50,578 bases of DNA. Source: an uncultured PS1 clade bacterium. GTDB lineage: Bacteria; Pseudomonadota; Alphaproteobacteria; MED-G09. The stretch covers positions 1 through 50,578 of the forward strand of contig CACLQD010000003.1 in the NCBI GenBank assembly GCA_902609025.1, given 5' to 3'. Positions within the stretch are counted from its first letter, which is position 1, and every line of letters starts with the position of its first letter. Below the pieces are notes generated by a model. That model was given only the letters and a program-made list of their open reading frames with translations. It searched no databases and was not told the origin of the DNA. The translations under genes and the position numbers were made by a program. Shown in pieces: positions 29,770-38,590 of this stretch.

Positions 29770-32211
29770 TTATCTTCGATATGATAGTTTTAAAGCAATA
29801 GTTCTTCCTGGTTTTACATAAGCATATCTGTCGCCTGTGAAGCCATTTTCAGTTCCAGTCAAACCACCTGTAGAAGGTGCGTCGGCTGCAGAAGTTTGAA
29901 TATACTCATCTGATAAATTTCTTCCTATTAAAGCTAGTTTCCAACCAGCCTCAGGAGAGGCAATACTTACTGAAGAGTCTACAGTATTATAAGAAGGTTG
30001 CTTAATGCCTGGTATAGTATCACTTAATCTATAATCGCTAGAATATTTAACATTAGCATTAAGTCCAAACTCTAATCCATTACTTAAAATAGTATTATAG
30101 TTAAAACCAAAATTAGCTCTTGTTTCAGGAGCTAAAGCTCTTTTACTATCGTTAAGGTCTTGAAGTGTAAGACCTCCATCAGGAATATTACAACCTTCAG
30201 AAGGTTTTTGACCTCCAGCACAAGGACCAACAAATCTAACATAATTGGAATCATTGTATCCAAAAGCTGTATTTAGCCTTAATCCATCAATCAAAGGTGG
30301 TAAATAAGTGAGCTGAATTTCAAAACCTTCAGACTCTGACTCTTCTGCATTTAAAGTTCTGTAAGCAAAAGTAGCAGCATTAAAATAGTTCAATTGAAGG
30401 TCATCATATTCATATTGATAAATGTCAAAATTTACCTCTAGATTTCCATCAGCAACTAATGCTCTAACACCAGCCTCAAAACCTTTTACATGCTCCGGTT
30501 CATATGTAATATCTTTAACTGGATTTGCATTTAATGTGCTATCAATAGAGCCATTATCAAATCCACCAGATTTCCAACCCTCTTTATAAGCTAGGAAATA
30601 GGTAAGCGATTCTGTAGGTTGATACCTAAATGTTACCTCAGGAACAAAATCATCAAATGACTGATCTGCCGCTAAAGTTCTTCCTTCAACGAATAAAAAG
30701 CCAAAAGCTGGACTAACATATGGCTGAGTGAAATATGAGTCTTTAGACTCATCTATATAACGACCACCAGCTGTTAGCTGCATAGTATCATTAATATCCC
30801 ATTTTATTTCACCATAAATTGAGAATGTTTCACCATCTGTCTCAGAAACTTTATCATATGCAACATATCTATTAGTTGGATCTGCAGCAGATTCCTCTGC
30901 ACCAGCGAAGATAACTTCTTGGGCAAAATATCTTTCCGTTTCTTGAATATATCCACCTAAAACCCAATTTAATGGCCCTTCACTAGTTGAAAGCCATTTA
31001 ATTTCTAATGAGGTATTTTCAAAGTCATTAACCTCACCAGCAAATATATTAGTAGCACCACCATAATCAGCATCAATTACCCAAGCTACATTTTGTTCAT
31101 GAGTATTTAGAACAGCGATCAATTGCGAATTATCAAAATCATGAGTTAGTGATGTTGTAAAAACTTTAGATTCATATGTTTCACCTAATGCACCACCAAA
31201 TTGACCAGTAAGCTCATAGGCTGCAGCAGGAACAGTTGGAATATTATTCAAACCAGTTCTTCTGTCTTTTTTACATTCTCCAGCAGACGGTACTGGGGTT
31301 GCAACATTTCCTGCATTATTATGAGGTACATCACCTAAATAACAATCAAACAATTCTCCTAAAGTAGCAGAAGCCATTGTCACATCAGCAAAACTTGCTT
31401 TAAATTTAAGAGTAGTTCTATCCCCAATATCGCCTTTTAAAGTTAAACGACCATATGTTTTTTCATCTGCAGGATAGAATTTCTGAGTAGGAGCAGGATT
31501 TTCATGGGATGTTGCTGCAAAACCATTACTAAAGTCTAAAGTTGTATATGTTGTATCGCCAGCAATATTTTGAATCCAACCCTCATCCATTGTGCTGTCA
31601 TAAAGAGCTAACCTAGCGCCCCAATTTTCACTAATAGGACCAGAAACAACAAACTCAAAAGTATCTGTTTTATATTCAAACTCATGAGACACACTTGCGA
31701 TTATCTCAAATTCATCACCAGGATCGTTGGTTGTAATAGTCACAGCTCCAGCTGTTGCGTTTTTACCAAAATAAAGAGCTTGAGGACCTTTAAGAATAGC
31801 TATCTGACTAGTATCATATAAACCTTCATTTATCACCCTACCTTGAGGAAAATATACATTATCGATCATTATTGCGACAGATTGTTCAATTCCTAAACTA
31901 CCAGGACTAGATGCTATTCCCCTAATTGCTACTTGAGCACCACTTCCACTATTAATTCTATTGATTTCTAATGAAGCTGATGTTGCCGCAATGTCATCAA
32001 TTGAGGTAATATTAAAATTCTTCATATCCTCTTCACTATATGCAGAAATAGCAACCGGTATATCTCTAACCGCTTCTTCTGTAGCACGAGCCGTAACGAC
32101 TATTTCTTCAATAGATGAAGATAATGAGCTTACTTCCGAATCTTGAGCATAAATTGAAAAAGCAAAAAATACTGAAAAAACAGGTATAGCTAGTTTGTTA
32201 AAATGTAACAT
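29770..32211 (-). CDS. TonB-dependent outer-membrane receptor
   Basis: Signal peptide, TonB box IEEIVVTAR, plug motifs IRGI and LKGPQALYFGKNATAG, barrel motifs GWKSGGF and RNLSDE. Confidence 0.93.
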   Translation of the reverse strand: MLHFNKLAIPVFSVFFAFSIYAQDSEVSSLSSSIEEIVVTARATEEAVRDIPVAISAYSEEDMKNFNITSIDDIAATSASLEINRINSGSGAQVAIRGIASSPGSLGIEQSVAIMIDNVYFPQGRVINEGLYDTSQIAILKGPQALYFGKNATAGAVTITTNDPGDEFEIIASVSHEFEYKTDTFEFVVSGPISENWGARLALYDSTMDEGWIQNIAGDTTYTTLDFSNGFAATSHENPAPTQKFYPADEKTYGRLTLKGDIGDRTTLKFKASFADVTMASATLGELFDCYLGDVPHNNAGNVATPVPSAGECKKDRRTGLNNIPTVPAAAYELTGQFGGALGETYESKVFTTSLTHDFDNSQLIAVLNTHEQNVAWVIDADYGGATNIFAGEVNDFENTSLEIKWLSTSEGPLNWVLGGYIQETERYFAQEVIFAGAEESAADPTNRYVAYDKVSETDGETFSIYGEIKWDINDTMQLTAGGRYIDESKDSYFTQPYVSPAFGFLFVEGRTLAADQSFDDFVPEVTFRYQPTESLTYFLAYKEGWKSGGFDNGSIDSTLNANPVKDITYEPEHVKGFEAGVRALVADGNLEVNFDIYQYEYDDLQLNYFNAATFAYRTLNAEESESEGFEIQLTYLPPLIDGLRLNTAFGYNDSNYVRFVGPCAGGQKPSEGCNIPDGGLTLQDLNDSKRALAPETRANFGFNYNTILSNGLEFGLNANVKYSSDYRLSDTIPGIKQPSYNTVDSSVSIASPEAGWKLALIGRNLSDEYIQTSAADAPSTGGLTGTENGFTGDRYAYVKPGRTIALKLSYRR

Positions 32212-32355
32212 AATGTTCCCTCCCCAGGTTTATTTGTAATAATAATTATTATTATTAATATTGGAAATTAAAGAAAAATATATAAAATGTAAAATATTTA
32301 TTATTAATTTTAATTTGGCTTATTTTTATTAAATTATAATAATCTAGGGGGAAAA

Positions 32356-32766
32356 ATGGCTTTTAATGGTCCAGTTGAAGACAAATTAGCAATTCATGAA
32401 TTAGTTATGGTTTATGGAGATGCAGTTACAAGAAAAGACTCAGATGATTGGGGGTCTACTTGGGATGAAAAAGCAATATGGAGTGTTCCAAATTTTCCTG
32501 GATTAGAGAAAGTTGAAGGAAGAAAAGAAATAGTTAAAAAATGGGAAGAAGCAATGGAAAATTATAAGTATATTGTTTTTACAGCCCTTTTAGGCTCTTT
32601 AGATATAAATGGAAATAAAGCTTCAGGCACTACTTATACAATTGAAGTTAGTACAGACATCGAAGATAAAAAATCTCAAATTCATGGCCAATATCTTGAT
32701 GAATTCATAAAAAAAGGAAACAAATGGCTTTTTCTAAAAAGAACATTTTCAATTTTACATGATTAA
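32356..32766 (+). CDS. NTF2/SnoaL-like protein
   Basis: DKLAIHEL..Y.DAV..KD...W...W...A.W and GQY.DE..K....W.F..R pattern. Confidence 0.85.
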   Translation: MAFNGPVEDKLAIHELVMVYGDAVTRKDSDDWGSTWDEKAIWSVPNFPGLEKVEGRKEIVKKWEEAMENYKYIVFTALLGSLDINGNKASGTTYTIEVSTDIEDKKSQIHGQYLDEFIKKGNKWLFLKRTFSILHD

Positions 32767-32783
32767 TAAAAATAAAGGTAACT

Positions 32784-34133
32784 ATGAGCATTGATTTAAA
32801 AAAAGAAAGAGAAAAAATCGTTAGTGGATCATCTAATGTATTTTATGATGAAGAAGTTAAAATTACTGGAGAAAGATACACATCTCATAGCTTTATGGAA
32901 AAAGAGATGGATAAAGTTTGGGCCAAAGTCTGGAATATTGGAGGTTGGAGCAATGAAATTCCTGAGTCAGGCGATTATATAACCCATGAAATAGGCCGCG
33001 AATCTATTTTGATGGTAAGACAAGAAGATAATTCTATAAAGGCTTTCCATAATGTTTGTCCTCATAGAGGAAATAGACTAGTTCATGACGATAATGGTTC
33101 TTCTCCAAGTTTTACATGCACTTATCATGGTTGGAAATTCAACAATGAGGGTATTCTTGTTTATGCTCAGGATGAGGACGACTTTCCTCAAGGCAATCCT
33201 TGTGGAAAAATTAATCTAACTGAAATTCCTTGTAAAATTTATGGTGGTTTTATTTGGTATAATATGGATGAAAATTGTCCTCCTTTATTTGATTTTTTAG
33301 GAGAAGTAAAAAAATACTTCGATATGCATGACCTTAACGGTATGAAAAGAGTTTATTATAAAGTTAGTGAAGTGCCTTTTAACTGGAAAGCATTAAGAGA
33401 TAATTTTAATGAGTCTTATCATTTGCCGATGACGCACCCTCAAATTATCGATTACTTTGATGATGATTACAAAAATACTGATTTTGAACTTTTTAATACC
33501 GGCCATAATTTAATGAAAATGAAAGGATGCCTCCCCTCTTTAAGGGATAAGGGTACTTTCGAAATGAATGAAAAACTTGAAGGCGATTTATTAAATTGGA
33601 ACTTAAACCCAAAAGATTTTGATGGTAAGGCTCATTTGGTAAGAGAGGCCTTACAAAAACAAAAAAGAAAGTTAGGATCTAAAAGAGGTTTCGACCACTT
33701 TGAAAGAATGCCAGATGCTTGGTTAACTGATGCTTTTCATTTTAATATTTTTCCAGGTACATCAATAACATTTACTGCTGAGGTTTGTACTCTTCAAAGA
33801 ACTGAACCTCATCCTACCGACCCTAATAAATCAATATATGATCATTGGCAAATGGCCCTTAGAGCTACAGACTCAGAAAACCCTGAAACCAATCCTACAA
33901 TGTTGGTTGCTAGTCCAGAGGATATGGTTGAATGGAAAGAGGTTGATAAACATGTTGTTATATTTGGCGAAGAAACATTAAGTGATGTTGCTGATCAAGA
34001 CCTTGATAGATCAAGCGCACAACAATTAGGTTTCCATTCAAGGGGTTTTAAGGGAGCATATCTATCTGGGCAAGAAAATAGAGTTCAACAATTTCATAAT
34101 TTCATAGATAGATATATCTATGATAAGTTGTAA
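32784..34133 (+). CDS. Rieske non-heme iron oxygenase alpha subunit (1)
   Basis: Rieske ligands CPH...CTYH; mononuclear Fe motif NFNESYHLPMTH and a distal QD. Confidence 0.93.
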   Translation: MSIDLKKEREKIVSGSSNVFYDEEVKITGERYTSHSFMEKEMDKVWAKVWNIGGWSNEIPESGDYITHEIGRESILMVRQEDNSIKAFHNVCPHRGNRLVHDDNGSSPSFTCTYHGWKFNNEGILVYAQDEDDFPQGNPCGKINLTEIPCKIYGGFIWYNMDENCPPLFDFLGEVKKYFDMHDLNGMKRVYYKVSEVPFNWKALRDNFNESYHLPMTHPQIIDYFDDDYKNTDFELFNTGHNLMKMKGCLPSLRDKGTFEMNEKLEGDLLNWNLNPKDFDGKAHLVREALQKQKRKLGSKRGFDHFERMPDAWLTDAFHFNIFPGTSITFTAEVCTLQRTEPHPTDPNKSIYDHWQMALRATDSENPETNPTMLVASPEDMVEWKEVDKHVVIFGEETLSDVADQDLDRSSAQQLGFHSRGFKGAYLSGQENRVQQFHNFIDRYIYDKL

Positions 34134-34197
34134 AAAAATATATATTTATTTTTGTAAAATTTATTAACTTATAAAAGAAATTTTTTTTAGGGGAAAA

Positions 34198-35634
34198 ATG
34201 GATAAAATAGTTAAACATCCATCAGTATTAGACGGTAAAAACCCAAGTGAATTAAGGGGCGACTCAATAACTAATGATCGTTATTTTTGTAAAGATTTTA
34301 TGGATAAAGAATGGAACCATATGTGGACAAAAGTATGGTTAATAGCTGGAAGAGAAATACAAATTGAAGAACCAGGTGATTATATTGTTCATGATTTAGT
34401 TAAAGAGTCCGTCATCATTGTAAGACAAAAAGATGGATCTATAAAAGGTTTCTATAATAGTTGTGCCCATCGAGGTCAAAGACTAGTTGAATGCGATAGC
34501 TCACAAGACTCTTTTCGTTGCCCTTATCATGATTGGCAGTTTGGGTTAAATGGAGATGTAATAAGTGTTCCTGATGAAGATGATTATCCTCAAGGAAGCC
34601 CAATAGGAAAAAGAAAGTTAGTCGAAGTTAGAGTTGATACATGGGATGGTTTCATTTTTTACACTATGAGTGATGAAGCTCCTGATCTTATGGATTATTT
34701 AGACCCAATTCCTGAGATATATAAGAATCATAATTTTAAAGACCAAATTAGAGCTCAATGGGTTAGAGTTGAGCTGGATGTTAATTGGAAATTCTTTTGC
34801 GATAATTTTAATGAGTCATATCATACTCGATTTGTACATCCTCAGGTACCTTCTGTAATTGACCAAGATCATTTTACTTCAAGATATGAAATGTTTCCAA
34901 AAGGTCATGCGAGAATAATTCAAATGGGCCGTCCATCATTACGAGATAGAGTGAACGAAGATGAAGATCATCCGTTCAAAATGATACTTGAAAGTTGGGG
35001 AGTTGATGTGAGTAAGTATCCTGATTATGAAACATTATCTGAGCAGGGTTGGACAGATTTAAAAAAAGCAAAAAGAAAATTATATAAAGAAAAAGGTTAT
35101 CATCATTATGAAAACCTATCTGATGAAGAGTTAACAGAAAGCCCTTTTCAATTTATTTTTCCAAATATTGCTATGGGTGTACAAGCAGATGGCTGCATTC
35201 TCTTAAACTGGTTTCCACATCCAACTGATCCAGAAAAATGTTTTTTTGATCTATGGGATATGGGATATCCAATTGGTGGATCAGCAAAAGGTATAGGTAA
35301 AACAGGAAGAGAAAACGATCAAGCATTTACCTCAACTTCTGCAGGCATAGGTAAAAAAGATGAAGCTAACGATCAAGAATTTCTTAGTCGCACTAAAGTA
35401 AACCCAGTTAAACTTCAAGAAGTTGAATTAGATTTTAGAGATTATGATGGTGGTAAGGGAGTTAAAGACTTATGGGACCATGTCGTTTATCAGGACTGGC
35501 AACTTACTGATGGTTTAAGAAGAGGCGTTAGGTCTAAAGGATACCAAGAGCCTTATCTTGCAGCTCAAGAAACAAGAGTTAGATACTTTCATGAAACATT
35601 GCACGATTATCTAAATGGAAAACCCCCAAAATAA
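34198..35634 (+). CDS. Rieske non-heme iron oxygenase alpha subunit (2)
   Basis: CAH...CPYH; NFNESYHTRFVH; distal QD. Confidence 0.93.
   Translation: MDKIVKHPSVLDGKNPSELRGDSITNDRYFCKDFMDKEWNHMWTKVWLIAGREIQIEEPGDYIVHDLVKESVIIVRQKDGSIKGFYNSCAHRGQRLVECDSSQDSFRCPYHDWQFGLNGDVISVPDEDDYPQGSPIGKRKLVEVRVDTWDGFIFYTMSDEAPDLMDYLDPIPEIYKNHNFKDQIRAQWVRVELDVNWKFFCDNFNESYHTRFVHPQVPSVIDQDHFTSRYEMFPKGHARIIQMGRPSLRDRVNEDEDHPFKMILESWGVDVSKYPDYETLSEQGWTDLKKAKRKLYKEKGYHHYENLSDEELTESPFQFIFPNIAMGVQADGCILLNWFPHPTDPEKCFFDLWDMGYPIGGSAKGIGKTGRENDQAFTSTSAGIGKKDEANDQEFLSRTKVNPVKLQEVELDFRDYDGGKGVKDLWDHVVYQDWQLTDGLRRGVRSKGYQEPYLAAQETRVRYFHETLHDYLNGKPPK
35290..35382 (+). repeat. Diverged in-frame tandem duplication (54-nt period) inside Rieske gene 2
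   Basis: GGTATAGGTAAA...AACGATCAAGCATTT at 35290 and GGCATAGGTAAA...AACGATCAAGAATTT at 35344 encode GIGKTGRENDQAF and GIGKKDEANDQEF. Confidence 0.75.
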
Positions 35635-35662
35635 AAAAAAGCGCCTTTGATTGACGCTTTTT
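35633..35662. terminator. Probable bidirectional intrinsic terminator between convergent genes
   Basis: AAAAAGCG-N11-CGCTTTTT with A/T tracts on both sides. Confidence 0.6.
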
Positions 35663-35683
35663 AATAATTCATAATACTAAAAA

Positions 35684-36094
35684 TTAATTTTGTTTAGGTA
35701 GCCAAATTTGACCTAGAATAATTATTCCTGAAACAACGAAGAAAGCAATACCTAAAGGAACAGGAGTTGTAACAGCTTCTGTAGTTCCAACATAAGCTAT
35801 GTAACCTTCAGCAGTGCTTGAAATTTCAGTGCCACTTGCTTTTAGATCGCTTAAACTTCTTGAAGCTGCAATCCATGTATTCGCTACTGTTGTTGCTTGT
35901 ATCCAGCCAAAAGATAGTACGATCAATCCAAAAGCACTTGAGATAATCTTAGTTAAAAGATTTGTTTCAGGATTATTTCTTGTGTTCAAAGCAATTCTCA
36001 TTGAAAGCCAAACAGCTAAAATTGATCCTATCCCAACTAGTCCTGACCCTATTCTATTTGAGGTCCATATTTGCCATATTTGAAATTCTTCCAT
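35684..36094 (-). CDS. Uncharacterised small membrane protein (about 3 TM)
   Basis: Three hydrophobic segments, strong RBS (AAGGGAG) and its own downstream terminator. Confidence 0.7.
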   Translation of the reverse strand: MEEFQIWQIWTSNRIGSGLVGIGSILAVWLSMRIALNTRNNPETNLLTKIISSAFGLIVLSFGWIQATTVANTWIAASRSLSDLKASGTEISSTAEGYIAYVGTTEAVTTPVPLGIAFFVVSGIIILGQIWLPKQN

Positions 36095-36188
36095 TTTTTT
36101 CTCCCTTTTTTATTTAATGAATAAATTAATAATTTTTTATTATTTTTATTTTTTTCTAGTAGGCTAATAAAAAAAACTATTACCTAAC

Positions 36189-36258
36189 TGAGAATGATTC
36201 TTATCTAATAAGAAATAACGAATTTAAGCGATGATTTTTTGAATTTTCTTGTGGATAA
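36189..36258. promoter_or_regulatory. Fur-like 7-1-7 palindrome (containing GATTC) and a perfect DnaA box in an AT-rich spacer
   Basis: TGAGAAT-G-ATTCTTA at 36189-36203; TGTGGATAA at 36250-36258. Confidence 0.4.
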
Positions 36259-36287
36259 CTTTTCTAAAAAGTTTTTTTATATTTTTA

Positions 36288-36440
36288 TCAGGCTAATTTA
36301 ATTTTAATTTTTTGTTTTTTAATTTTTATCCTATGAAGATGAGAATAAATATTTTGAGTTCTTTTATTGATAATTGATTTAATGTTGTTTCTTCTTTTTC
36401 TAGCTCTTTCTGATCTTATTAAGCGCTCTGATTTATCCAT
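36288..36440 (-). CDS. Small, highly basic 50-aa protein (below the ORF-track length range)
   Basis: MDKSERLIRSERARKRRNNIKSIINKRTQNIYSHLHRIKIKKQKIKIKLA, followed by TGA TAA; co-oriented with both neighbours. Confidence 0.55.
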   Translation of the reverse strand: MDKSERLIRSERARKRRNNIKSIINKRTQNIYSHLHRIKIKKQKIKIKLA

Positions 36441-36483
36441 AGAATTATTTTATTGATTCTTAAAAATATTTCAAACAAGATCT

Positions 36484-36837
36484 TTATATTTGAGACTCAT
36501 GTTCTTCGACTATATATGTTCTCATCAATGACAAATCAAATAATTGCTCTTCATCGTCATTTATTTCTTTTTTAATTTCCGGCTTTTGAAGGTTTTCAGC
36601 GCATTTTTCAAATGTTTCCATATCCGGATACCATATTTCCATTAATACATCGAAATCTGGATCATATGTTTTTCCTGATCTATCAGGCAACGGATTGGTA
36701 AAGCGTCTTATATATTTTGTAGCGTATCCTGTTAGATATTTCTCACCAATTATTCTGTGCTTAGTTTCATAATATTCTCGAAATTCGTCGATTGTCATAC
36801 CTTCTTTTCTTCTCATAGGCATTATAACTTTTATCAT
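36484..36837 (-). CDS. EthD domain protein
   Basis: RKEGMTIDEFREYYETKH, FDV.MEIW and DEEQLFD pattern; GGAG RBS. Confidence 0.85.
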   Translation of the reverse strand: MIKVIMPMRRKEGMTIDEFREYYETKHRIIGEKYLTGYATKYIRRFTNPLPDRSGKTYDPDFDVLMEIWYPDMETFEKCAENLQKPEIKKEINDDEEQLFDLSLMRTYIVEEHESQI

Positions 36838-36848
36838 TAATATTCTCC

Positions 36849-38051
36849 TTAACTATCCATTAACTTAAAAGTAACTCCAGCATTTGGTAAGCGATTAATA
36901 AGGGTATCACCCATTGCAGAAGCAGGAGTCCAAAAACCACCACCAACATCCAAATCGTCTTGAGCTAAAGCCATAGCGCTCTCTGATATCATTTTAGCCG
37001 TAGATTTGTATCCTGGATCTTTATCGCCATGAATCCAAACCCTCATATCTTTATCTCTATCAGTTGGGTGGATTCCTAATAATTCGATTTCAAAGAAACC
37101 ATTTTCCATTGTTTCTTCTGAAGGCCCTTCACCTGGTTTAGGTAAAAAACTTTTCAAGATTGATCTTGTTGGAGAAAATGCTGCCATCCCTGCCATTCCT
37201 CCGGTCACCATTCCAGAGGTTGTCGCCCCAATTAAGCCTTTTGGCCCTTTACCAGTAATACTACCTTCATTATATTCAAAATCATTCCCATAAATATTAT
37301 TGAGTAATTCATTTGTTCTTCTAACTACTCTCGTATTAATTCCCGCCATAATAAAAGGACCAACCCAAGCATCAAAATCTTCATCAAAATATGGTGACAT
37401 TTTATCCGGACCATCAAGACCTTTTTCTTTATCGTTAAGTGCGTATGGGTTTGCAATAATTTTAAGAATAGAAGAATCTTTTTTGGCTTGCTCCATCATT
37501 GACATAAGACTATCAACGGTTCCTCCGCTGGCACCTCCTGAGAAGCCTCTTGTTCTATATTTTATTTGTTTTGCATTTACCCCATGTAACTCACGCATAT
37601 TTTTCTGAAGAAAATAAACTCCAATATCTGACGGAATGCTATCGAAACCACAGGTGTGAACAATTTTTGCTCCACTTTCTTTTGCAATATTTTGATATTT
37701 AGTGATCATATGCCTCATCCAATGCACTTCACCAGTTAGATCACAATAATGAGTTCCATTCTCTGCACACGCCTCTACTAGCTCAGACCCATATCTCGCA
37801 TATGGACCAACAGTTGTCAGAATCACCTTTGTTTTCTTAACTAGATCAACTAGGGATTCTTTATCATGGCTATCCGCAATAAGGATTGGAATATTTTTTC
37901 CATCAATTATCTCTTTAATCTTTGACTCATTTCTGCCTGCTACAGCCCATGTTAAATTACTATTATTTTGATTCTTATAAATATAATCGACAGCTAATCT
38001 TCCTGTAAAACCACTAGCTCCCCATATAATAATATCGTAAATTTTTTCCAT
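36849..38051 (-). CDS. Saccharopine dehydrogenase-like / trans-acting enoyl reductase family oxidoreductase
   Basis: GASGFTG, AGRN, VGPY..YG, YCDLTGE, CGFDSIPSD and DPGY..TA motifs; start moved to ATG 38051. Confidence 0.88.
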   Translation of the reverse strand: MEKIYDIIIWGASGFTGRLAVDYIYKNQNNSNLTWAVAGRNESKIKEIIDGKNIPILIADSHDKESLVDLVKKTKVILTTVGPYARYGSELVEACAENGTHYCDLTGEVHWMRHMITKYQNIAKESGAKIVHTCGFDSIPSDIGVYFLQKNMRELHGVNAKQIKYRTRGFSGGASGGTVDSLMSMMEQAKKDSSILKIIANPYALNDKEKGLDGPDKMSPYFDEDFDAWVGPFIMAGINTRVVRRTNELLNNIYGNDFEYNEGSITGKGPKGLIGATTSGMVTGGMAGMAAFSPTRSILKSFLPKPGEGPSEETMENGFFEIELLGIHPTDRDKDMRVWIHGDKDPGYKSTAKMISESAMALAQDDLDVGGGFWTPASAMGDTLINRLPNAGVTFKLMDS

Positions 38052-38069
38052 CCTACTCTCCAATTTTTA

Positions 38070-38531
38070 TCAATTTATCCTAAATGGATCATCAACTAAG
38101 CTTTCAGGAATAGTTAAATCATTTTCAAAAAGACACTTTTCAATCAAGACAGTATCAAAAAAAGCGTGAAGTTCAATTATCTTGTTATCTTTTATAGTAA
38201 AAATTTCACAGTAAGTTTGTTCATAAATTTCACCATTCTTGGTTGGTCCTCCGCCTTGCATCATGCCAACCACTCTATCATTTTCAGCAGCAATTATTTT
38301 CCATTTTTTTGAAAATTGAACCTTATCACTTACAAGTTTTTCTAGAAGCTTTTCACCTATCATCCCATTACAACAGGCATCTTTACCATAAATTCTACCA
38401 GAAACCGGTGTATTTCCTAGCATATTGTAAACAACATCATCGTGATGCATATTGTAAATCGTTTCAAAATCACCTTTTTCTAAAGCAACATACCATTTCT
38501 CAATTAATTCTTTATTTTCTTCAACGCCCAT
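38070..38531 (-). CDS. NTF2/SnoaL-like (ketosteroid-isomerase-related) protein
   Basis: ENKELI..WY.AL..GD, G.TPVSG...GK, IAAENDRV and Y...Y...F.I...KI......FDT pattern; start moved to ATG 38531. Confidence 0.82.
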   Translation of the reverse strand: MGVEENKELIEKWYVALEKGDFETIYNMHHDDVVYNMLGNTPVSGRIYGKDACCNGMIGEKLLEKLVSDKVQFSKKWKIIAAENDRVVGMMQGGGPTKNGEIYEQTYCEIFTIKDNKIIELHAFFDTVLIEKCLFENDLTIPESLVDDPFRIN

Positions 38532-38590
38532 TAATTTATTCCTTAAAATCATTGTTTGAAAACATAACTATTTAAGACTATATAATTTGC

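Noticed and set aside
32237-32257. TAATAATAATTATTATTATTA near-palindrome upstream of the TonB receptor as a Fur box
   Set aside because: It is pure A/T low-complexity sequence lacking the G/C positions of the consensus, so it cannot be distinguished from background.
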